This document shows, piece after piece, positions 43,320-50,460 of a DNA stretch of 50,460 bases. The DNA comes from Minisyncoccota bacterium (GTDB lineage: Bacteria; Patescibacteriota; Minisyncoccia; UBA6257; GWB1-50-10), in the NCBI GenBank assembly GCA_020059585.1, contig JAGVBU010000016.1, positions 1-50,460 on the forward strand, given 5' to 3'. The notes under the pieces are model-generated. The model ran no database searches, was not told the origin of the DNA, and saw nothing but the letters and a program-made list of their open reading frames with translations. The stretch's first letter is position 1. Every line of letters begins with the position of its first letter. A program made the translations under genes and the position numbers.

Positions 43320-43541
43320 TATTGAAGCAAGCCCGTAGACAGTCCTGACTTATGTCGGGATCCCGATCAGAAAAATGCATCGGGACAGGCAGCTAGAAAT
43401 AGCGGAAGTCCTGCCGAGGAAGATGTAAGTTTTTAGTTTGTGGTGTTTAGTTTTTTGAATTTTTCTAAAAACTAAAAGACCAACGGCTAACAACTCTAGT
43501 TGAGAGTCTGCGGCGTAAAGGTCGGAGATTTTTTTGTTTTT
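43320..43541 (+). promoter_or_regulatory. Long structured 5' leader of rplJ-rplL (candidate L10-leader-type autoregulatory element)
   Basis: About 220 nt are non-coding. Stems are CCTGAC/GTCGGG, the palindrome TCGGGATCCCGA, GGCAG..CTGCC enclosing ctagaaatagcggaagtc, and an AT hairpin TTTAGTTTTT/AAAAACTAAA. The function is inferred from position only. Confidence 0.3.
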
Positions 43542-44039
43542 ATGAAGACAAAGGCACAAAAGGAAGAAAAAATAGAGAAAAGCGTAAAGATTATCGGCGA
43601 AAAAAACACCGTAGTATTTGCTGATTTCACCGGTACGAAGGTGAATAATATGAATGCTCTTCGAAGAACCCTTCACGATATGGAAACGAAGATGGAGGTA
43701 TTCAAGAAGCGTTTGTTCCGCGTTGCTCTCGAGAAGAGCGGATTTGAATTTAATCCCGAAACCCTTGGTGGGCAGCTTGGGGTTATCTACTCGGACAAGA
43801 ATATCGATGAAATTGCGGGCGCGATATGGAAATTTGCGAAGCAAAATAAAACATTCAAGATTCTCGGCGGATTATATCTCCGAGAAAAGAAATTCGTGCC
43901 AGGAACGGAAGTGGAGGCGATAGGGCAATTGCCGCCCCGAGATACGCTTATTGCGCAGGTGGTGGGCACTATTGCCGCCCCGATGAGCGCGTTTCTTTAC
44001 GTATTGAGCGAGCGAGGAAAACAATTACAGTCGAAATAA
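43542..44039 (+). CDS. rplJ: 50S ribosomal protein L10
   Basis: MKTKAQKEE...VVFADFTG..V..M..LR is typical L10. It is followed by rplL. The upstream part of the ORF-track call (43500) is unlikely to be coding. Confidence 0.93.
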   Translation: MKTKAQKEEKIEKSVKIIGEKNTVVFADFTGTKVNNMNALRRTLHDMETKMEVFKKRLFRVALEKSGFEFNPETLGGQLGVIYSDKNIDEIAGAIWKFAKQNKTFKILGGLYLREKKFVPGTEVEAIGQLPPRDTLIAQVVGTIAAPMSAFLYVLSERGKQLQSK

Positions 44040-44057
44040 ATTTTTACTCATTACATT

Positions 44058-44423
44058 ATGGAAAAATATAATGATATCATCGAGAAAATCGAGAAAATGA
44101 CCGTTGTCGAGCTCGCAGAGCTCGTAAAGGTTCTTGAAGAGAAGTTTGGAGTAACGGCGGCAGCACCGGCAGCGGCAGGTGCGGCGGGAGGCGCTGCGGA
44201 AGCAGCGGAAAAAACCGAATTCAATGTAGTATTGAAAGTTGCGGGAGATCAGAAGATTAATGTCATTAAGGTGGTGAAAGAAGCAACGGGACTCGGATTG
44301 AAGGAGGCAAAGGATATCGTTGACGGCGCGCCGAAGGCGATAAAAGAAGGGATGAAGAAAGAAGATGCTGAAGAGTTGAAGAAGAAACTCGAAGATGCGG
44401 GAGCAGTGGTGGCTTTGGAGTAG
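44058..44423 (+). CDS. rplL: 50S ribosomal protein L7/L12
   Basis: E.I..MTV.EL.ELVK.LEEKFGV, then an Ala-rich hinge. The C-terminal domain reads KI.VIK.V...[11 protein letters not shown]...P..IKEG..KE.AEE.KKKLE.AGA.V. Confidence 0.97.
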   Translation: MEKYNDIIEKIEKMTVVELAELVKVLEEKFGVTAAAPAAAGAAGGAAEAAEKTEFNVVLKVAGDQKINVIKVVKEATGLGLKEAKDIVDGAPKAIKEGMKKEDAEELKKKLEDAGAVVALE

Positions 44424-44430
44424 TTTACAT

Positions 44431-44568
44431 GGTCTCTTTATTATTCGAAAAGACGCGGTCATTTTTCCCAGCGAGGAAAATGCCGCTTGACTCTCAATTT
44501 CGCTCGTCCGATTACGGACACCGTGCCCGCGAAATTTCCGAGACACTTTTCTCAATAATAAAGAGACC
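44431..44568 (+). ncRNA. Candidate structured RNA or inverted-repeat element of about 140 nt. Its identity and strand are unknown.
   Basis: The closing helix is GGTCTCTTTATTATT (44431-44445) with AATAATAAAGAGACC (44554-44568), extended by GAAAAG/CTTTTC. Inner helices are 44455-44486 (12 bp), 44496-44503/44529-44536 (8 bp) and the hairpin GTCCG-atta-CGGAC. A U-rich tract follows. Confidence 0.35.
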
Positions 44569-44640
44569 TTCTTCTTTTATTCTTTCGGTAAATTAGTTTA
44601 AAATGGGGTAGTAGTAGGAAAAGTAATAAAATAATAAAAC

Positions 44641-44714
44641 GGGCGCTTAGCTCAGATGGTTAGAGCGTACGATTCACATTCGTAAGGTCACAGGTTCGAT
44701 TCCTGTAGCGCCCA
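44641..44714 (+). tRNA. tRNA-Val (anticodon CAC)
   Basis: It folds by hand into a cloverleaf. The acceptor is GGGCGCT/AGCGCCC, the D arm GCTC/GAGC and the anticodon stem TACGA/TCGTA. The anticodon loop is TT-CAC-AT and the T arm is ACAGG-TTCGATT-CCTGT. The discriminator is A and no CCA is encoded. Confidence 0.93.
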
Positions 44715-44716
44715 CT

Positions 44717-45103
44717 ATGAAAACGATATTAGTCGATGCGGTGGATACATTCGTCATAGAAAATGAGGGAATCTCGGAGGAGATGTATAATCTGCTCGAG
44801 ACATTTCCGAATAGGAAAATTATTGTCACGAACGCGGATGACGCGCAGATGATTGAGTTTGGTCTCGTGAATATGCCCTATGAGGTTTTCACGCTTAAAC
44901 ACAATCCCGACAAGACGCATCCCGTGTATTTCGAGAGAATGCTGGAGCATTTTTCTCTCACGAGCGATGATGTAATCTATTTCGAGCACAATCCCGACGC
45001 GGTGAAAAGCGCCGAATCGGTTGGAATCCTTTCGTATCGATATGATCCAGAGAAAAAAGACATGCACGCGTTGAGAGATTTTTTGGAAAAACATAGCGTA
45101 TAA
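44717..45103 (+). CDS. Small HAD-superfamily-like hydrolase (128 aa)
   Basis: ILVDAVDTF resembles motif I, KIIVTNAD motif II and FEHNPDAVKSAESVGI motif IV. The ATG starts 3 nt after the tRNA. Confidence 0.6.
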   Translation: MKTILVDAVDTFVIENEGISEEMYNLLETFPNRKIIVTNADDAQMIEFGLVNMPYEVFTLKHNPDKTHPVYFERMLEHFSLTSDDVIYFEHNPDAVKSAESVGILSYRYDPEKKDMHALRDFLEKHSV

Positions 45104-45111
45104 TAAAGAAT

Positions 45112-45390
45112 ATGAAAAAAATAAAAGAAACGTTCGGATCGTTAAAAGAAAAAGGAGAGGATGTAAAAGATCAGGTGAGGGAGAAGATTCTTGGATACAT
45201 TCTCGCGGCACTCGGACTTGTCGCGGGTCTCTCGTGGAATGAAACGATGAAGGCATTCATTGAATATCTGTTCCCCTTAAACAAAAATTCGCTTCTGGCA
45301 AAATTTATTTATTCGATTTTTGTCACGATACTTATCGTTCTTTTGAGTCTTTATCTCACGAAACTTTTTTCGAAAAAATCAGAAGAATAG
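45112..45390 (+). CDS. Small two-TM membrane protein (92 aa)
   Basis: ILGYILAALGLVAGLSW and FIYSIFVTILIVLLSLYL are hydrophobic helices. The TATAAT 7 nt upstream overlaps the previous stop codons. Confidence 0.65.
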   Translation: MKKIKETFGSLKEKGEDVKDQVREKILGYILAALGLVAGLSWNETMKAFIEYLFPLNKNSLLAKFIYSIFVTILIVLLSLYLTKLFSKKSEE

Positions 45391-45441
45391 ATGTCTTTAC
45401 GGTGGGGAATCGTGAAGAAAATAAAAATGAGTATATTCAAC

Positions 45442-45601
45442 TGTTGATAACTCCTGAGAGCATAAGAAAAACATAGATAAATGCAGTACTTTTAGCCCCC
45501 ACATAGGGGGTGTTTTTCTTTTGCGTACGAGTGGTGTATGATAATTGGGAAGTGGGGAATTGTGGATAACAGTGTGGATAAGTACCCATTTCGGGGGATA
45601 A
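45442..45601 (+). promoter_or_regulatory. Cluster of co-oriented DnaA-box-like 9-mers / GTGG direct repeats upstream of mraZ
   Basis: TGTGGATAA at 45561-45569 and 45573-45581 is the exact reverse complement of TTATCCACA. TGTTGATAA at 45442-45450 has 1 mismatch and GGGGGATAA at 45593-45601 has 2. GTGGGGAAT occurs at 45402 and 45552. Confidence 0.5.
45496..45522 (+). terminator. Short rho-independent terminator
   Basis: CCCCC-acata-GGGGG is followed by tgtttttctttt. Confidence 0.55.
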
Positions 45602-45611
45602 CTTAAACAAT

Positions 45612-46043
45612 ATGCTTCTTGGAGAATATACACACAATTTAGATCCGAAGGGACGAATAGCGGTTCCCTCGAAATTCAGGGAAAAGTTTGAATCCGGTGC
45701 GATTGTCACTCGGGGACTTGATCATTGTCTTTTTATTTTCAGTAAATCGGAGTGGGAGGTCTTAGTGCAAAAAATTGTCGCTCTTCCGCTTGCGCAGGCA
45801 GATTCGCGCGCGTTCGCTCGCTTGATGCTTGCGGGCGCGACTGATGTGACCCTTGATGTACAGGGACGCATTCTTATTCCCGATACGCTCCGAAGCTACG
45901 CGCATTTGAAGAAACAGGTTGTGGTGACGGGAATGTACACCCGCGTTGAATTGTGGGATGTGGATGCGTGGAATACATACAAGACAAAAACGGAGAGCGC
46001 CGCGGATGAGATTGCTGAAAAGCTCGGGGAGCTCGGAATATAA
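45612..46043 (+). CDS. mraZ: Transcriptional regulator MraZ
   Basis: MLLGEYTHNLDPKGRIAVPSKFRE plus a second SpoVT/AbrB-like half (DVQGRILIP..LR). It is the first gene of the dcw cluster. Confidence 0.95.
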   Translation: MLLGEYTHNLDPKGRIAVPSKFREKFESGAIVTRGLDHCLFIFSKSEWEVLVQKIVALPLAQADSRAFARLMLAGATDVTLDVQGRILIPDTLRSYAHLKKQVVVTGMYTRVELWDVDAWNTYKTKTESAADEIAEKLGELGI

Positions 46044-46177
46044 AATAAAAAATTTCCAATTCTCAATTTTCAAATCCCAAATAATTTCCAATATGCCAAT
46101 TTCCAAAATTCAAGACAGAAAAACCTTTCCGGTATACATATAATTGTTTTTTGGATGTTGGTGTTTGGGATTTTATC

Positions 46178-47065
46178 ATGCATATTCCAGTTCTTTTAAA
46201 TGAAGTGATACGGACGTTGCAGCCGAAGGAAGGAGAAATTTTTATTGACGGGACATTGGGAGGAGGAGGACACGCTGAAGCAATATTGAAGTTACTTGGG
46301 AAAAAAGGAATGTTTGTGGGTATTGACGCGGACGCGGGCGCGATTGATGAGGCGAGAAAGAAATTCAAAAATGACGCGCGATGCACATTCATTCATGGGA
46401 ATTACGCGGATATCCCGGAAATACTGAACACGCTGCATATTGATGGAGCGGATGGGATGCTTATAGATCTCGGTTTCTCCTCCACGCAGATAGACGATCC
46501 AACGCGAGGGTTCAGTTTTAAATTTTCCGATGCGATTCTTGATATGCAATACGGAGTAAGCGGAGGGGAAGAAACCGCATACGCAATAGTGAACGCGTGG
46601 GATGAAAAATCACTCCTCTCGATATTCAAAAAATTTGGGGAGGAACGATACGCGGGGCGGGTCGCAAGGAAGATTGTCGAGGAGAGAAGAAAGAAAAAAA
46701 TACGGACTGTCGGCGATCTCGTCGGTATTATAGAGCGGACAATTCCGATGGAGAGAAAGAAGAGGACATTCATTCATCCCGCAACGAGAATATTTCAGGC
46801 GCTTCGCATTGCGGTCAATCACGAATTCGAAAATCTCAGCACGATTCTCGATGCGCTTCCCAGCGTGATGCGTTCAGGAGGACGGGCAGGGATCATATCA
46901 TTTCATTCTTTAGAGGATAGGGAAGTGAAAGTTCATTTCAAATCATTAGTTGCGTGCGGTGTCGCATCATTTATTACAAAAAAACCGATTATTCCGTCAG
47001 TCTCGGAATCGTCGGAAAATCCACGGAGCAGGTCGGCAAAATTAAGAGCATTATTATTTTCATAA
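46178..47065 (+). CDS. rsmH: 16S rRNA (cytosine1402-N4)-methyltransferase RsmH (MraW)
   Basis: HIPVLLNEV, DGTLGGGGH, DLG.SS.Q.D...RGFSF, ISFHSLEDR and NPRSRSAKLR are present. The TTG at 46151 in the ORF track is unlikely to be the start. Confidence 0.95.
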   Translation: MHIPVLLNEVIRTLQPKEGEIFIDGTLGGGGHAEAILKLLGKKGMFVGIDADAGAIDEARKKFKNDARCTFIHGNYADIPEILNTLHIDGADGMLIDLGFSSTQIDDPTRGFSFKFSDAILDMQYGVSGGEETAYAIVNAWDEKSLLSIFKKFGEERYAGRVARKIVEERRKKKIRTVGDLVGIIERTIPMERKKRTFIHPATRIFQALRIAVNHEFENLSTILDALPSVMRSGGRAGIISFHSLEDREVKVHFKSLVACGVASFITKKPIIPSVSESSENPRSRSAKLRALLFS

Positions 47066-47077
47066 TTTAAAATATCC

Positions 47078-47368
47078 ATGACTATCATCAGTCCTATAAA
47101 AAATCAAAATATCTTCCGTTTTTTCGCCGCATTTTTCGCGGTATTCGTGTTCGGGGGAATCACATATATCTATGAATACAACAGGGTGGCGAATGCGCGC
47201 TTCGAGATAAAAACACTTAAGCAGGAGATAATAGCGCTTGAGGGAAATGGCGCGGAATTAAAAAACGAGCTTTATCACGTCACCGACCCCGAAAAGTTCA
47301 GGGCACTTACTAGGGATTTTAATCTTGTCGTCCAGCAGAAACCGCAGTATCTTACGCTCTCGCAATGA
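47078..47368 (+). CDS. ftsL: FtsL-like cell division protein
   Basis: 96 aa with one TM helix, then a coiled-coil (EIKTLKQEIIALEGNGAELKNEL). It lies between rsmH and ftsI, with an ATGA overlap onto ftsI. Confidence 0.7.
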   Translation: MTIISPIKNQNIFRFFAAFFAVFVFGGITYIYEYNRVANARFEIKTLKQEIIALEGNGAELKNELYHVTDPEKFRALTRDFNLVVQQKPQYLTLSQ

Positions 47369-48978
47369 AGATGCGATTTTATACTCTCGCATTTTTTTTC
47401 GTGGTGCTCTATGCGATGTTGGGAGTGAAGCTTTATGATCTCCAGATAGAGAAAGGGGATTATTTTGCGGAGCGGGTGAACGCGATGAAAGAACTCAATA
47501 CCGCCTTGGAACTGAGGCGTGGGCAGATTTTCATCACGGACAGAACGGGAGGAAATATCCCGCTCGCGATAAATAAAGACGAACCTATCATATTCATCGC
47601 GCCCAAAGAGATTACGGATACGCAAAAACTTTTTGCAACATTACCCGAAGGACTTGGTATTGATAAGGCGCTTCTCCAAAAGGCGCTTAGAGATGAAAAA
47701 AGTTCTTTTAGGCTTCTTGTGGAAAAAGCGACCGATGATCAGATAGATTTTGTGCGGAAGCTTTCGAGAGAGGACGGAGTGAGGGGTGTATACACGGAAG
47801 AAAAACAATATCGATACTATGCGTTTCAGTCTCTCGCGTCCCAGCTTTCGGGTTTTGTCGGTTTTACGGAAGATAACGATCAACCGGTGGGACTGTATGG
47901 TATTGAGAAGATGCATGATGACAGACTTGCCGGAGGAGATTCGGTATATCTCACAATTGACAGAACAATTCAAACCCACATTGAGCAGGTTTTGAAGGAT
48001 CTTATGACTGATTATGAGGCGGTGGGAGGGACGATTATCGTGGAAGATCCGAATACCGGAAAAATAATCGCCATGGCGAGCGCTCCGGATTTCGATCCAA
48101 ATGAATACGAGAAATATCCCCTCAAAAATTTCCTCAATCCCGCGGTGCAACTCGTATACGAACCCGGATCGGTAATGAAACCGATTACCATGGCGGCAGG
48201 AATAGAGCTTGGAGTGCTTACGCCTGACACGATATTCTTTGATAAGGGGAGCGTCACGATGAATGGAAGAACGATACGGAACGCGAATGACAAGATATAC
48301 GGAAAAATCACAATGACGCAGGTAATAGAGAACTCGGTCAACACGGGCGCTGTGTTCGCTGAACAGACGATAGGACACGAGAATTTCACCGCATATCTTA
48401 AAAAATTTGGATTCGGGGAAAAAACAAACGCGGACATTCCTGATGAAATAGGGGGGAGTTTGAGAAATCTTGAGAAACGTGACGTGAGAGATATAGATTT
48501 TGCGACCGCATCATTCGGGCAGGGAACCTCAGTAACTCCATTGCAGCTCGTGAACGCGTTTTCCACTATTGCAAATGGGGGACTTCTTATGAAACCTTTT
48601 GTGAACAGAGAAGAAGATCCATATGTGGTGCGAAGAGTGATACATAAAGACACGGCGAAAGCAATAACCGCGATGCTTGAATCAACCGTGGAAAAAGCGA
48701 AAATCGCCGCGATTCCCCAATATCGAGTTGCGGGGAAGACGGGTACGGCGTATATTCCCGATTTTCAGAGAGGAGGATATACCGAGGAGATGATGCATAC
48801 GTTTGTGGGATTTGCCCCCGCGAGTGACCCCCAATTCGTCGTTCTCGTGAAGTTGGAAAAACCGCAGGTAGGAGAGCTTGCGGGAATGACCGTGGTCCCC
48901 GCATTCCGAGATATTGCGCAATACATTCTGAATTATTATCATATTCCTCCCGATAAGCTTTCCCCGGAAGAAAAATAA
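47365..48978 (+). CDS. ftsI: Penicillin-binding protein (FtsI/PBP2-type transpeptidase)
   Basis: TM anchor and dimerisation domain. The motifs are SVMKP (SxxK), SVN (SxN) and KTGTA. Confidence 0.94.
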   Translation: MKMRFYTLAFFFVVLYAMLGVKLYDLQIEKGDYFAERVNAMKELNTALELRRGQIFITDRTGGNIPLAINKDEPIIFIAPKEITDTQKLFATLPEGLGIDKALLQKALRDEKSSFRLLVEKATDDQIDFVRKLSREDGVRGVYTEEKQYRYYAFQSLASQLSGFVGFTEDNDQPVGLYGIEKMHDDRLAGGDSVYLTIDRTIQTHIEQVLKDLMTDYEAVGGTIIVEDPNTGKIIAMASAPDFDPNEYEKYPLKNFLNPAVQLVYEPGSVMKPITMAAGIELGVLTPDTIFFDKGSVTMNGRTIRNANDKIYGKITMTQVIENSVNTGAVFAEQTIGHENFTAYLKKFGFGEKTNADIPDEIGGSLRNLEKRDVRDIDFATASFGQGTSVTPLQLVNAFSTIANGGLLMKPFVNREEDPYVVRRVIHKDTAKAITAMLESTVEKAKIAAIPQYRVAGKTGTAYIPDFQRGGYTEEMMHTFVGFAPASDPQFVVLVKLEKPQVGELAGMTVVPAFRDIAQYILNYYHIPPDKLSPEEK

Positions 48979-48982
48979 CACA

Positions 48983-50284
48983 ATGAAATCCACGATTTTA
49001 TCATTATTGAAGAGGGTACTTAAGATACTCGCGCACCTCACGCTAAAGCGGTATAACCCCGGTATTGTTGGTATTACGGGAAATATAGGGAAGACATCCG
49101 CAAAAGAAGCGATAGGAAGGGTATTGGGGGCAGAACGCAGGGTAAGAGCATCATCGAAAAATTTTAATAACGAGTTTGGCCTTCCCCTCTCTATTCTCGG
49201 CGATTGGGAGAAAACAGAAGGATTTGTGTTTTGGATACGGGTTGTGATTGAGTCGGTATTCCGGCTTATCGTTCGGCATAAGGAGTATCCGGAGATAATT
49301 GTTTTGGAGTATGGCGTTGATCGCGCGGGGGATATGCGTTATCTCATTGATATTGCTCGCCCGCAGATAGGAGTGTTCACCGCAATGGGAGAACTTCCCG
49401 TACACATCGAATTTTTTACAGGTATTGATGCAATTGTTAGAGAAAAATCAAAACTCATAGGGAGCGTGCCGACAACCGGATTTGCGGTATTAAACGCGGA
49501 TGATAAAAAAGTGATGGAAACGAAGGAGGTCGCGCGAGCGAATGTCGTGACATTCGGATTTTCCGACAAAGCGGATCTCCGTATCACGAATTTTTCAAAT
49601 AATATACACGAACATGGCGGGGGAGTATCCTTCAAACTTACGTATGGGGGAACATTCATTCCCGTAAGGATTGAGGGAGTGCTTGGTAGGGCGTCGGCGT
49701 ACGCGGCTGCTGCTGCCGCGCTTGTGGGACTCGTATTCGGAATGAATCTTGTGCACATTGCGGAAGCGCTTGGAAAATCAGTGCCTCCGAAAGGGAGACA
49801 ACGCATTGTTCCTGGGATAAAACATACGACCATCATTGATGACACATATAATGCGTCGCCCGCAGCGACGGAAGAGGCGCTTCGTACGATTGGAAGTCTC
49901 AAGGCACCGAGAAAAATAGCGATTCTCGGAGATATGCTTGAGTTGGGTAAATATACACTTGAGGCGCACGAGGAGATGGGGAAGCTGGTTCCCGAGAATG
50001 CGGATATGCTTTTCACTGTAGGTACTCGGGGGAAGATTATCGCGGAAGCGGCGGAGCGCGCGGGATTATCAAACAAAAAGATTTTCTCGTTCCTTAATAT
50101 TCATGAGGCGGCAATGCAGATTCAGCAAAGAATTCAGCGCGGGGATCTTATTCTTGTAAAAGGATCGCAGGGCGTGCGTATGGAGCGTATCGTGAAGGAA
50201 ATTATGGCAGAACCGCTTCGCGCAAAAGAATTGCTGGTGCGTCAGGAACGCGCGTGGTTGCGAAAGACAGGTCTTTACGATTAA
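48983..50284 (+). CDS. murF: UDP-N-acetylmuramoyl-tripeptide--D-alanyl-D-alanine ligase MurF
   Basis: GITGNIGKTSAKE is the P-loop. DDTYNASP and ILGDMLELG are present. It sits in the dcw cluster. Confidence 0.9.
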   Translation: MKSTILSLLKRVLKILAHLTLKRYNPGIVGITGNIGKTSAKEAIGRVLGAERRVRASSKNFNNEFGLPLSILGDWEKTEGFVFWIRVVIESVFRLIVRHKEYPEIIVLEYGVDRAGDMRYLIDIARPQIGVFTAMGELPVHIEFFTGIDAIVREKSKLIGSVPTTGFAVLNADDKKVMETKEVARANVVTFGFSDKADLRITNFSNNIHEHGGGVSFKLTYGGTFIPVRIEGVLGRASAYAAAAAALVGLVFGMNLVHIAEALGKSVPPKGRQRIVPGIKHTTIIDDTYNASPAATEEALRTIGSLKAPRKIAILGDMLELGKYTLEAHEEMGKLVPENADMLFTVGTRGKIIAEAAERAGLSNKKIFSFLNIHEAAMQIQQRIQRGDLILVKGSQGVRMERIVKEIMAEPLRAKELLVRQERAWLRKTGLYD

Positions 50285-50371
50285 TTTTTTTATATTCTCG
50301 AAGGGATCAGATTCGAATAGATTTTCCTTATTAGGTTCAAGGAATGCGCGATTTTCGCGTATTTTCTTTTA

Positions 50372-50405
50372 TTACATTTTACCCGCGATCGCGGGTAAAA
50401 TGTAA
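50372..50405. repeat. Perfect 34-bp palindrome
   Basis: TTACATTTTACCCGCGA|TCGCGGGTAAAATGTAA has all 17 positions complementary. It has no flanking U-tract on either strand. Confidence 0.9.
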
Positions 50406-50460
50406 CAATTGGAAATAGAGTGTTTTTATTCAGAAACAAGGTTTATAAGTAAAACCACGC

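Noticed and set aside
45402-45611. Calling this spacer the chromosomal origin (oriC) outright.
   Set aside because: No dnaA or dnaN is adjacent, no clear AT-rich 13-mer unwinding repeats were identified, and GC skew cannot be judged from 50 kb. It is kept only as one of three hypotheses in the findings.

Overview
Gene-dense window of about 50 kb. Coding regions are about 45-50% GC by eye and the spacers are very AT-rich. It reads as a small, streamlined bacterial genome.

Lineage (inference only): the content points to a Candidate Phyla Radiation / Parcubacteria-like organism. Supporting features are a split transketolase with RpiB, Rpe and GAPDH, a short HrcA, lamin-tail-domain and 'IGIGTTSP..KLDV' surface proteins, many membrane-anchored hypothetical proteins and few Shine-Dalgarno sites. 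The standard code fits, since TAA, TAG and TGA all end conserved genes at normal lengths.

Layout:
- 1-7308: accessory surface block. It holds two fibre-like secreted proteins, a 515-aa anchored hypothetical, an Avd-like four-helix-bundle gene and three membrane-anchored cupredoxin-like paralogs.
- 7301-17033: glycan synthesis and export locus. The minus-strand operon is GT2, GT4, GT8, ABC-2 permease, ABC ATPase and a GT2+GT4 fusion. A large polytopic membrane protein is transcribed divergently.
- 17156-22259: 1333-aa Cys/Ser/Thr-rich repeat and FN3-like surface protein, a fourth cupredoxin-like paralog and a small anchored protein.
- 22364-25869 (minus strand): recR, dnaB, cysS.
- 25948-30285: secreted repeat protein, lamin-tail-domain protein, small proteins, SpoU methyltransferase, DUF192.
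- 30622-36469: gap, an L,D-transpeptidase fusion, rpiB, rpe, split tkt.
- 36629-42811: rsmI, CIRCE, hrcA, grpE, dnaK, an inserted membrane protein, dnaJ.
- 43542-50284: rplJ, rplL, tRNA-Val, then the dcw start (mraZ, rsmH, ftsL, ftsI, murF).

Most interesting signals:
- A secreted surface protein is immediately followed by an anchored cupredoxin-like protein three times. Three of the four paralogs have lost the copper ligands.
- Intergenic spacers are polarised, stop-codon-dense and self-complementary.
- TATAAT-like hexamers sit 4-9 nt before start codons in many genes, which would give leaderless mRNAs.
- A roughly 140-nt four-helix structured element follows rplL.
- Perfect DnaA-box 9-mers lie just upstream of mraZ.

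No rRNA, CRISPR array, transposase or integrase was seen.
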